Positions 8,837-17,380 of a stretch of 60,539 bases of DNA are shown one piece after another; the stretch's first letter is position 1; the number at the start of each line of letters is the position of its first letter. A program made the translations under genes and the position numbers. Source of the stretch: a bacterium (GTDB lineage: Bacteria; Patescibacteriota; Minisyncoccia; UBA6257; HR35); contig JBEQAR010000001.1 in NCBI GenBank assembly GCA_041640295.1, positions 82,453-142,991 on the forward strand, read 5' to 3'. The notes beneath the pieces were generated by a model. That model saw nothing but the letters and a program-made list of their open reading frames with translations, was not told the origin of the DNA and made no database searches.

Positions 8837-9643
8837 ATGATCATCATTAAAATCGGTGGAGGAAAAGAAATTAATTTTGATTACATAGCTGAAGACTTAA
8901 AAAATATAGTGAATAAAGAAAAAGTTATTATAGTTTTGGGAGCAAATTATTATCGAAATAAATTAGCAGAAGAATTGGGAATAAAAATTAAAATTATTGA
9001 ATCAGAGTCTGGTTATAAAAGTGTTTATTCTGATCAACAATTAATTGATTTAATGATGATGGCTTATGCTGGTTTGGCAGCAAAAAAATTAACCTCAAAG
9101 TTAATTCAAGCAAATATTAAAGCAATCAGCTTATCTGGTATTGATGATCAATTAATTATAGCTAAAAGAAAAAAATTTATTACAGCTAAAATTGAGAATA
9201 AAATTAAATTAATTGATAATGATTATAGTGGAAAAATAGAGCAAATAAATAAAGAACTGCTTGATTATTTATTAGCTAAAGATTATGTAATTATAATAAC
9301 CCCACCAGCTATTAGTTATGAGGGTGAAATTTTAAATGTTGATAATGATCAAATTGTAGTTAATTTAGCTAAAATTTATCATCCGCAATCTGTAATTTTC
9401 CTTATTGAGGCACCGGGAATTTTAAAAAATAATATGAATGAAGAAATAATTGAGCATCTCAAAATAGCTGAATTAGAAAATTTGATTAGAGAAAGTTCAG
9501 ATTATGGTTTTCAGAAAAAACTTCTAAATATTAAGAGATTAACAGAATTTAATATTCCAAAAATCATTATTGCTGATGGTCGAATAGAAAAACCAATAAG
9601 TCGGGCATTAAATTCAATCGGAACTGTCATTAGTAGTGATTAA
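8837..9643 (+). CDS. lysZ: [LysW]-aminoadipate/[LysW]-glutamate kinase (amino-acid kinase family)
   Basis: MIIIKIGGGKEINFDYIAEDL.., ..ITPPAISYEGEILNVDNDQI.. and the C-terminal ADGRIEKPISRALNSIGTVI parallel Thermus LysZ as I recall it. I moved the start to ATG 8837; the track start is TTG 8696 with an implausible leader. The stop overlaps the lysJ start (TAATG). Confidence 0.8.
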   Translation: MIIIKIGGGKEINFDYIAEDLKNIVNKEKVIIVLGANYYRNKLAEELGIKIKIIESESGYKSVYSDQQLIDLMMMAYAGLAAKKLTSKLIQANIKAISLSGIDDQLIIAKRKKFITAKIENKIKLIDNDYSGKIEQINKELLDYLLAKDYVIIITPPAISYEGEILNVDNDQIVVNLAKIYHPQSVIFLIEAPGILKNNMNEEIIEHLKIAELENLIRESSDYGFQKKLLNIKRLTEFNIPKIIIADGRIEKPISRALNSIGTVISSD

Positions 9644-10785
9644 TGATGGAAACTAATCTTTTGAATTTATATTTAGAAAGAAATTTAGAAATAGTTGCTG
9701 GTGATGGTTGTTATTTATTCGATAAAGATGGAAATAAATATTTAGATATGATGTCTAATTATGGCGTTAATATTTTAGGCTATAATAACAGGTTGTTAAA
9801 TAATATTGCTTGTCAACAAATAGAAAAGTTAATTAATATTCATGGCAGTTTTTTGCATCCGCTTAGGGAAGAATTAGCTAAAAAAATATTAGAAAAATGT
9901 AAAATAGAAGGAAAAGTATTATTTCTTAATTCTGGCAGCGAAGCCGTAGAAGCAGCTTTAAAATTCGCTTTATATTTTTCAAAAAAGAAAGAAATTATTG
10001 CTATGAAAAATAGTTATCACGGGAAAACATTAGGAGCTTTATCTTTAACATCAAATAGTAAATATCATGAAGGATTATCGGATTTTTTACTTAAGGTAAA
10101 ATTTGTTCAATTTGGTAAAATAAAAGATTTAGAAGAAAGTATTAACGATCAGACGGGAGTAATAATTGTTGAACCAATTCAAGGAGATGGAGGAATTAAT
10201 ATTCCGCCCTCTGGTTATCTTGAACAATTATCTAAAATGTGTCAGGAAAAAAATATTATTTTAATTATTGATGAAATTCAATCAGGGGTAGGAAGAACCG
10301 GTAAATTTTTAGCTAGCCATTATGAAAATATTAAACCAGATATTATTTGTTTAGGCAAAGGAATAGCTAATGGTTTTCCCTTAAGTGTGGTAATTGTTCG
10401 AGATCAACTTGCTAAAAATATCCCGAAGTTTTTTCATACTTCTACTTTTGGTGGAAATTTGGTTGCTTGTCGGGTAGCTTTAAAAACTTTGGAGATTTTG
10501 ACTGAAGAATTTTTAGAAGAAATAAAAAATAAAGGTGATTATTTTCTTCAGCGTTTAAATGAGATAAATAATAATTTAATTAGTGAAGTAAGGGGCAAGG
10601 GATTAATGATCGGTATTGAATTAAAAAATAAAAGAGGCGAAGTCCTTAAAATGTTACAGAATAAGTTTATTTTAGCAATTCCAGCTGGAACTAATGTTGT
10701 TCGTCTTCTTCCACCATATATTATTTCTTTTAAAGAAATTGATTATTTTATCGAACAATTTAAAGAAGTATTATCAAATGTGTAG
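9643..10785 (+). CDS. lysJ: class III aminotransferase, [LysW]-aminoadipate semialdehyde / acetylornithine aminotransferase type
   Basis: The motifs GSEAVEAALKFA, DEIQSGVGRTGKF and TSTFGGN are present, and the gene sits inside the LysW operon. Confidence 0.85.
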   Translation: MMETNLLNLYLERNLEIVAGDGCYLFDKDGNKYLDMMSNYGVNILGYNNRLLNNIACQQIEKLINIHGSFLHPLREELAKKILEKCKIEGKVLFLNSGSEAVEAALKFALYFSKKKEIIAMKNSYHGKTLGALSLTSNSKYHEGLSDFLLKVKFVQFGKIKDLEESINDQTGVIIVEPIQGDGGINIPPSGYLEQLSKMCQEKNIILIIDEIQSGVGRTGKFLASHYENIKPDIICLGKGIANGFPLSVVIVRDQLAKNIPKFFHTSTFGGNLVACRVALKTLEILTEEFLEEIKNKGDYFLQRLNEINNNLISEVRGKGLMIGIELKNKRGEVLKMLQNKFILAIPAGTNVVRLLPPYIISFKEIDYFIEQFKEVLSNV

Positions 10786-11425
10786 ATTATTAGTTGTTTC
10801 ATCAAAAAAAGATTTTGAAATTAGTCCTTTTGTTAAAGAATTTGCTCAATTATCTAAGAATAGTTTAACCCCTGATGGTGATCGGCAAAAAGATGGTTGG
10901 GGATTAATGACAACAAAAAATATCTATAAATCAATTATGCCTATCTGGGAGGATGATTTGCATTTATATGATTGGGGAAATGACCGATTATTAATTCTTC
11001 ATACAAGATCAGCTTCTAATAATAAAAATAATATAGAATTTAATCAGCCATTTATTAAAGACGGTTTAGTATTTGTTTTTAATGGACTACTGAAGGGAGT
11101 GAAGATAAACATTGATGGAAAAATTGGATCTGAGAAATTATTTAATTTGATAACAAAATTTTATCAGGAAAACACAAATAATTATTTAGAAAATTTTTAT
11201 CAATTAATACTAAACAAAACTGAATTAATAGTTGGAATGAATATCGTTATTGTTGATTTAAATTTAAATAAAATTCATATTCTTTCGGTTTATACTCAAA
11301 ATGAAAATTATTTCGCTCTGAATTTTTTTCAAGATCAAGAAAAAACTATTATCTGTTCGGAACCAATTTTAAATTTTAATTTTAAGAAGTTAATCTCGGG
11401 AACTTTAAAAACTATTGATTTATAA
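10778..11425 (+). CDS. class II (Ntn) glutamine amidotransferase-like amidohydrolase, YafJ/EgtC type
   Basis: It begins MCRLLVV (Cys2 nucleophile) and has ..DGWGL.. and ..ILHTRSASNN...NQPF... I placed the start at ATG 10778, which overlaps the lysJ stop (ATGTGTAG). The track start upstream would run through the lysJ 3' end. Confidence 0.7.
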   Translation: MCRLLVVSSKKDFEISPFVKEFAQLSKNSLTPDGDRQKDGWGLMTTKNIYKSIMPIWEDDLHLYDWGNDRLLILHTRSASNNKNNIEFNQPFIKDGLVFVFNGLLKGVKINIDGKIGSEKLFNLITKFYQENTNNYLENFYQLILNKTELIVGMNIVIVDLNLNKIHILSVYTQNENYFALNFFQDQEKTIICSEPILNFNFKKLISGTLKTIDL

Positions 11426-11485
11426 TTAATGTTATAATATTAAATTACTTACAGTGGTCGTGATTAAGGTTATTTAAAATTAAAA

Positions 11486-11662
11486 ATGCATCAAGCTAAT
11501 TGTCCTATTTGCGGTTCAGTAATTGAATTTAATAATCTTCCCGAAGAAAATGAATTAATAAATTGTAGTAGTTGTAATAATCGCTTAGTTACTAAAAGTG
11601 TCATTGGTAATGAAATTATTTTAGAAGAAGCACCAACAATTGAAGAAGATTGGGGTGAATAA
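11486..11662 (+). CDS. lysW: amino-group carrier protein LysW (58 aa, zinc ribbon plus acidic EDWGE tail)
   Basis: It is not in the ORF track because it is too short. My translation is MHQANCPICGSVIEFNNLPEENELINCSSCNNRLVTKSVIGNEIILEEAPTIEEDWGE, with CxxC...CxxC and the C-terminal EDWGE motif. The stop overlaps the lysX start (TAATG). Confidence 0.8.
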   Translation: MHQANCPICGSVIEFNNLPEENELINCSSCNNRLVTKSVIGNEIILEEAPTIEEDWGE

Positions 11663-12504
11663 TGATTACAATTGTTTATAACCTCTTAAGAGAGGACGAA
11701 AAATTTTTATTAGATTCAGCAAAAAAATTAGGTGTGGAAGTTAAATTATTATTAGCGAATAAATTAATTTTGGATCCTATTAACTTCCAACCAAGCGATA
11801 AGTTAGTTCTTAATCGTTGTTTATCGAATTCAATTGGTGAACAAATAACTTATTTTTTTGAAAATTTTGGAATTAAAGTTATTAATAATTCTCAAATTAA
11901 TCATCTTTGTGCAAATAAATTTATTACTTCTTTATTTTTAATAAAAAATAATTTACCAACTGTGCCATTTTTAGTTTTTTTTGATGAAGAATTGATAGAA
12001 AAAGTAATAGAATATCTCAATGGTTATCCAGTAGTAATAAAACCGATTTATGGTTCATGGGGTAGATTATTGGCAAAAATTAATGATCGTGATGCTTTTG
12101 AGGGAATAATTGAACATAAAAGATATTTATCTTCTCCTTATCATAATATTTACTATACAACTAAATATATAGAAAAACCTAATAGAGATATAAGAATAAC
12201 TATTGTTGGGAAAAAGATTGTTTGTGCTGTTTATCGAGAAAATTTTCATTGGATTTCTAATACTGCTCGTGGGGGTAAAATTAAATTTTGCGAGCTAAAT
12301 AAAGATTTAACAAATTTATGTCAACAATTAATTGAAAAATTACCTTTAGGAATTTACGGTGTTGATATCTTCGAATTTAACAATGGATATTTAATTAATG
12401 AACTGAATCATACTTGTGAATTTAAAAATATTCAAAAAACTACTGGCGTTAGTATTTCTGACGAAATTATTAATTTTTGTTTAGAAAATTTAAAAAATGA
12501 TTAA
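11662..12504 (+). CDS. lysX: RimK-type ATP-grasp ligase, LysW--amino acid ligase (LysX/ArgX type)
   Basis: ATP-grasp layout (..VVIKPIYGSWGRLLAKI.., ..GVDIFE..GYLINELNHTCEFKN..) immediately after lysW. Confidence 0.8.
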   Translation: MITIVYNLLREDEKFLLDSAKKLGVEVKLLLANKLILDPINFQPSDKLVLNRCLSNSIGEQITYFFENFGIKVINNSQINHLCANKFITSLFLIKNNLPTVPFLVFFDEELIEKVIEYLNGYPVVIKPIYGSWGRLLAKINDRDAFEGIIEHKRYLSSPYHNIYYTTKYIEKPNRDIRITIVGKKIVCAVYRENFHWISNTARGGKIKFCELNKDLTNLCQQLIEKLPLGIYGVDIFEFNNGYLINELNHTCEFKNIQKTTGVSISDEIINFCLENLKND

Positions 12505-13528
12505 GGTAAATATCGTCGGCGGTTCAGGCTATGCAGGTGGAGAATTATTAAGAATTTTAGTTAATCATCCGAAAGTTGAAATTAATCAGGTTACTAGTAC
12601 TAGTTATCGTGGTAAACCGATTTCATTAATACATCCTAACCTAAGGGGAAAAATTAATAAAAACTTTTGTGATCTTGAGGAATTAGATAAATGCGATGTT
12701 TTGTTTGTTGCTTTGCCTAATTTAGAATCAATGAAGTATATTGAAAAACTTTCGAAACTAACTGATTATTTAATCGATTTGGGAGCTGATTTTAGAATCA
12801 AAAATTTAGAACTTTTTAAAAAATATTACCAAACAGAACATTTAGCTAAAAGTTGGTTAGATAAATTCATCTATGCAATTCCGGAAATTAATCGTGAAGA
12901 AATTAGAAAAAGTAAATATTTATCTTGCCCAGGCTGTGAAGCAATTTCAATTATTTTAGCTCTTTATCCCTTGGTCAAAGAAAAAATTATTAATGAGAAA
13001 AACAAAATAATCGCTGATGTAAAAATTGGTAGTTCAGCTGCTGGTTCTAAACCATCTTTATCAACCCATCATCCGGAGAGAAATAATGTAATTAGAACTT
13101 ATCAACCTACAAATCATCGTCATGAAGCTGAAATAAAAGAAATCTTAAATCTTGATATTGAAATAACTGCAACTGCAGTTGAAATTGTAAGAGGAATATT
13201 GGCTACAATTCATATTTTCCTAGATACAGAAATTAGTGAAAAGGATTTATGGAATATTTATTTTAAATATTATCAACAAGAACCATTTATAAGAATTATT
13301 AATCAAAAAGAGGGGCTTTATCGTTTACCAGAACCTAAAATTCTTTGGGGAACAAACTATTGCGATATAGGATTTAAGTTAAATGATCAAACTAAAAGGT
13401 TGGTTGTTTTAAGTGCTATTGATAATTTAGTAAAAGGCACTGCTGGTAATGCCATCCAAGTTATGAATGTTCTTTTAGGAATAGAAGAAAAAACTGGATT
13501 AGATTTTATCGCCCTACACCCGGTTTAA
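12497..13528 (+). CDS. lysY: N-acetyl-gamma-glutamyl-phosphate reductase family ([LysW]-aminoadipyl/glutamyl phosphate reductase)
   Basis: N-terminus VNIVGGSGYAGGELLRIL, active-site region CPGCEAISIILALYPL and ..DNLVKGTAGNAIQ.. are present. It overlaps lysX by 8 nt. Confidence 0.85.
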   Translation: MIKVNIVGGSGYAGGELLRILVNHPKVEINQVTSTSYRGKPISLIHPNLRGKINKNFCDLEELDKCDVLFVALPNLESMKYIEKLSKLTDYLIDLGADFRIKNLELFKKYYQTEHLAKSWLDKFIYAIPEINREEIRKSKYLSCPGCEAISIILALYPLVKEKIINEKNKIIADVKIGSSAAGSKPSLSTHHPERNNVIRTYQPTNHRHEAEIKEILNLDIEITATAVEIVRGILATIHIFLDTEISEKDLWNIYFKYYQQEPFIRIINQKEGLYRLPEPKILWGTNYCDIGFKLNDQTKRLVVLSAIDNLVKGTAGNAIQVMNVLLGIEEKTGLDFIALHPV

Positions 13529-13546
13529 TTTATAATAAAGTTTAAT

Positions 13547-14560
13547 CTATCTAAGTATTTTTTGAATATGTTTTAAAAGCATAGCACAATAGCCCCATTC
13601 GTTATCATACCAAGAAAAAACTTTTACTAAATCGCCATCAACAACTTTAGTTAAAGTCAAATCAATAACTGCTCCATAAGGTTCGCCAATGATATCAGAA
13701 GAAACAACCGGATCTTCAACAACTTTAATGACCTCTTTCCACCTTTCACTTTGTGCCGCATTTTTAAAAATATTATTAATTTCTTCAACAGTTGTTGGTC
13801 TTTGAGTTATTAAAGTTATATCAGAAAGAGAAACAGTAACTACAGGAACTCTAATCGAAATTCCATCGAATTTTCCTTTCATTTCTGAAATAACCCTTGC
13901 TGTTGCCTCAGCAGCTCCAGTTGTTGACGGAATAATGTTTTGCGCTCCAGCACGACCACGACGAAAATCATGACCTTTAACAACGCTATCAACAATAGCT
14001 TGAGTATTAGTATAAGCATGAATAGTTGTTAAAATTGCTTTTTTAACGCCTATTGCCTCGTTTAAAATAGCAATTACAGGATTGACTGAATTAGTTGTGC
14101 AAGAAGCATTTGAAGTAATTAACCCTTGTTCACCTAAAGAATAAATTTTTCCTAAATCTTCAAGCCCAGGGGTAAAATGGGAAGTAATTTCATCTTTGGT
14201 TGGAGCAGTAATAACAACTCTTTTAGCTCCGGCAGTTAAATGAGCTTTAGCTTTTTCAAATTCAGTAAAAACTCCGGTTGATTCCACAACAACATCGATA
14301 TCTAAATCTTTCCAAGGAAGTTTTGATGGATCTGTTTCTTTAAAAACTAAAATTTCTTTTCCATCAACTACGAGCTTATCGTCTTTTACTTCTACACTTT
14401 TATTATAGCGACCGTAAACAGTATCGTATTTTAATAAATAAGCTAAATTCTGAGTGTCAGATAAATCATTAAGAGCGACGATATCAATGTTAGGTTGACC
14501 GAAAGCAATCCTAAAAAATATTCTTCCTATTCTTCCAAAACCATTGATGGCGATTCTCAT
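13547..14560 (-). CDS. gap: type I glyceraldehyde-3-phosphate dehydrogenase
   Basis: INGFGRIGR, active-site SNASCTTNS and WYDNEWGY are present. Confidence 0.95.
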   Translation of the reverse strand: MRIAINGFGRIGRIFFRIAFGQPNIDIVALNDLSDTQNLAYLLKYDTVYGRYNKSVEVKDDKLVVDGKEILVFKETDPSKLPWKDLDIDVVVESTGVFTEFEKAKAHLTAGAKRVVITAPTKDEITSHFTPGLEDLGKIYSLGEQGLITSNASCTTNSVNPVIAILNEAIGVKKAILTTIHAYTNTQAIVDSVVKGHDFRRGRAGAQNIIPSTTGAAEATARVISEMKGKFDGISIRVPVVTVSLSDITLITQRPTTVEEINNIFKNAAQSERWKEVIKVVEDPVVSSDIIGEPYGAVIDLTLTKVVDGDLVKVFSWYDNEWGYCAMLLKHIQKILR

Positions 14561-14569
14561 TTTTTCTAA

Positions 14570-14615
14570 CGCGAATTAATGCGAACTTAATTTCCGACCG
14601 CGAACTAATGCGAAC
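14570..14615. promoter_or_regulatory. two 17-nt direct repeats (CGCGAATTAATGCGAAC / CGCGAACTAATGCGAAC) upstream of gap; candidate operator
   Basis: The repeats are at 14570-14586 and 14599-14615 with one mismatch. Four GCGAA cores start at 14571, 14581, 14600 and 14610. The element lies 10-55 nt upstream of the gap ATG. Confidence 0.35.
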
Positions 14616-14629
14616 AAATTTATTAAAGA

Positions 14630-15388
14630 TTATTTTATTTTTTTAATAGCCTCTCCGTATAAAATTATTTTATCATTAAATAATCTGTTCGGTTTTATAT
14701 TTTCTTTTAATAAATTAGTAATCAACTTTCGGTCAAGCCAAAATTTAACTTCTTTGTAATGAATATCGCTATCATTTCTCATTTCGATTTCTCCATAAGT
14801 TTTACCTTGAATTTTAAAAATTACTTTTTGATTATCTAATTGATTTTCAGCTTTCGCTTTTGAATTTTCTGGAATTATTAATTTAGTCAAAACCTCTAAC
14901 ACATCTTTATTATAAAAAACATGGAAAATATTGTCTTCTTTAATAACTAAAAAATCTACTTCGCCACTATTAAATAAACCTTTGTTTAGTAACAATCTTA
15001 ATTTGTTTCTATTAGTTAATTTATTTTTTAAAGCAATCATAAATTTTTGGAGTTTCATTTTATAAAATATTTTATTCTTTAAATAATCTTCTCTTTTAAG
15101 AGGGAATGATTTAATACAATCTAAAAATGTTTTACTTAAATTTACTGCCCTAAATTCTGGGTCTTCTTTAAATCTTTTTTCTCCGTATAAAAATATCTGC
15201 CATTTCTTTTCACCGCTTTTTACCGAATATCTAAATCCATTATTATCAATAACATCAACTTTAGCTTTTGGATCAGCTTTAAATTCTTTACCAATTCCTA
15301 AGGCTTTAGCAAATTCTTGCGCATCAGCGTGACCTCGTAATTTCACCTCTCTTGCTCTTTCAGAAGTCATAGCTTTTTTCTTAGGCAT
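14630..15388 (-). CDS. putative type II restriction endonuclease (PD-(D/E)xK-like)
   Basis: It overlaps the upstream methyltransferase gene by 8 nt. A possible catalytic motif is ..KVDVIDNNGFRYSVKSGEKK.. (D-x9-SxK). No family match that I can name. Confidence 0.45.
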   Translation of the reverse strand: MPKKKAMTSERAREVKLRGHADAQEFAKALGIGKEFKADPKAKVDVIDNNGFRYSVKSGEKKWQIFLYGEKRFKEDPEFRAVNLSKTFLDCIKSFPLKREDYLKNKIFYKMKLQKFMIALKNKLTNRNKLRLLLNKGLFNSGEVDFLVIKEDNIFHVFYNKDVLEVLTKLIIPENSKAKAENQLDNQKVIFKIQGKTYGEIEMRNDSDIHYKEVKFWLDRKLITNLLKENIKPNRLFNDKIILYGEAIKKIK

Positions 15389-16367
15389 ATTTTATTATAA
15401 GAAGCTCTTTTGTTTTTTTAATATGATTGGAATTAGTCTTTTTACGATTTACCCCAATTCTTTTTTCTCCTTGGCCCATTGTATAATGTGATTCAAGTTC
15501 GATAATTTTACAACTCCTATACCATTTTCTTATTGTTGGAGCATCATTATAAGAAAGAATAAAACCACCTTTATGATAATTTAATAAAATATCCCTTAAA
15601 AGCTCGTGATTAAAATTATCGTGATGAATAGGAAAATTTCTTTGTGGGTAAAGCCCTTTAAAAACAGTACTATCCGGACCTAAATAATAAGGAGGATCAC
15701 AATAAAAAAAATCATATCTAAATTTAGGAATAACTTTCTCAAATGATTCACAAAAAACTTGAAGGTTGTTTACTTTAAAATTTTTTACTCTAATAAGCAT
15801 TCGTTTATAAGTTTCTTTATTAGCATAAACACTTGACATCCAGCCTAAAAAGCCAGGACCATACGAAAGATTATGATTGAAATAATAATAAGCAGCTAAT
15901 TTTAAAGGTGGCAGTTTTTTTTCTCCAATCCAATGTTTTTTTAATTCTTCTTTTACTTTTTCGTAGGTTTTTTTATCAGGATTTAATTGCAACAATTCTT
16001 GATAGAGCTCTTCGGGCTTCTCTATTTGAACTTGCCAGTAATTGACTAAGATATCGAAAATATCAAAACCTATAGTTTCTATGCCCAATTCTTTCGCTGC
16101 TGCTATTTCTACAGAACCACCGCCAAAAAAGGGAGAAACTAATCTTTTTATATTATTTGGAAAATGCTCAATAATGTAACCAACAGCCCAACTTTTACCA
16201 CCAGCATATCTTAAAGGAGAACCCAAATATCTCTTGTATTTTTTGCCAATGCCTTTAAGGCTTTTCAAAAATATATCTTTCGAACTAAAATTTAACGGTA
16301 ATAACTTTTTTGTCAAAAGAAACTCTTTAAACAAAGAATTTTTGTTTTTTATTTTATTGTGATTCAT
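15381..16367 (-). CDS. N6-adenine DNA methyltransferase, Dam/D12 class
   Basis: LRYAGGKSW, SAM motif PFFGGGSVE and catalytic FYCDPPYY occur in alpha-class order (motif I before motif IV). Confidence 0.85.
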   Translation of the reverse strand: MNHNKIKNKNSLFKEFLLTKKLLPLNFSSKDIFLKSLKGIGKKYKRYLGSPLRYAGGKSWAVGYIIEHFPNNIKRLVSPFFGGGSVEIAAAKELGIETIGFDIFDILVNYWQVQIEKPEELYQELLQLNPDKKTYEKVKEELKKHWIGEKKLPPLKLAAYYYFNHNLSYGPGFLGWMSSVYANKETYKRMLIRVKNFKVNNLQVFCESFEKVIPKFRYDFFYCDPPYYLGPDSTVFKGLYPQRNFPIHHDNFNHELLRDILLNYHKGGFILSYNDAPTIRKWYRSCKIIELESHYTMGQGEKRIGVNRKKTNSNHIKKTKELLIIKYA

Positions 16368-16368
16368 T

Positions 16369-17364
16369 TTAAATCAGACTTTTTTCTTTGATTTTTTCTT
16401 CTAATTTTTGTTCGCTTTTGATTAAACTTCTAAAATTAATAATAAATCTATTTAAAATTTTAGCAAATTTATCAAGGTTATCATAGCTATATTTTAATTG
16501 ATTAAAAGACTTTTCAAATTGTTGGCTTAATTCAAGTAAATCTTTTTCTAATTGATGAATATTAGCTAAAATTTGATGAATGTTTTGACTAAATTCTTGT
16601 TTACGAACAACCAAAAGCAAGGAAGAACAGATAAATTCAAAATTTTTGGGAGAGGTAAGAAAAACGGATTTTTCTCGAGCATATTCCCAAACTTCATCAT
16701 AATCTTTATCACTTAAAAGTTCGTAATAAATTCCTTCATTAGCTAAATACATTAAAGCAAATTCAACTGTTCCTTTTAAGGGTAAAATATATTTTCTTGA
16801 AATATCATCAATTTTTGATTTTAAATTTCTAATTAAATCTTTCTTTAAAGCTTGTTTATCTTTTTCTTGTAGTCGAAAAATTTCATTATAATTTTGAACC
16901 GGAAATTTAGAATCAATAGGAATAATAGTATCATTAAGTTTTAAAACATAATCAACACGATCAAAACCTATAGGAAATTGCTCTTCATAAAAAGACGAAG
17001 GTAAATTTTTTAAAATCTCTTTAAGCATCACTTCACCTAAATAACCACGACTTTTTGGTCCAGCCAAAATTTCTTTAACAGTTTTTATTTCTAAACTACT
17101 TGTTTCAAGATGTCTAGCTAATTCCTCGATTTTAGAAGTTGATTCAATAAATTTTTCTTGTTTTTGAGTAATTAAACCTAAATGCTGTAATGTTTCTTGT
17201 TTTAGAAGATTAAAATTTTCAAAAATTTTATTTTGAAGCTCCAAAAAATTTTTATTACTTATCTCTTGATTAAATTTGTTTTTAAAAAAATAAATTAAAT
17301 AGAGCAGAAGAAAAATTACTACTAATAATAAAATTACTAATAAGGTAACTAATAAAGAAAACAT
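16369..17364 (-). CDS. rmuC: DNA recombination protein RmuC family
   Basis: An N-terminal TM segment and coiled coil are followed by ..SRGYLGEVMLKEIL.. and ..RVDYVLKLNDTIIPIDSKFP.., as in RmuC. Confidence 0.8.
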   Translation of the reverse strand: MFSLLVTLLVILLLVVIFLLLYLIYFFKNKFNQEISNKNFLELQNKIFENFNLLKQETLQHLGLITQKQEKFIESTSKIEELARHLETSSLEIKTVKEILAGPKSRGYLGEVMLKEILKNLPSSFYEEQFPIGFDRVDYVLKLNDTIIPIDSKFPVQNYNEIFRLQEKDKQALKKDLIRNLKSKIDDISRKYILPLKGTVEFALMYLANEGIYYELLSDKDYDEVWEYAREKSVFLTSPKNFEFICSSLLLVVRKQEFSQNIHQILANIHQLEKDLLELSQQFEKSFNQLKYSYDNLDKFAKILNRFIINFRSLIKSEQKLEEKIKEKSLI

Positions 17365-17380
17365 TCAAAATAAACTTTAT

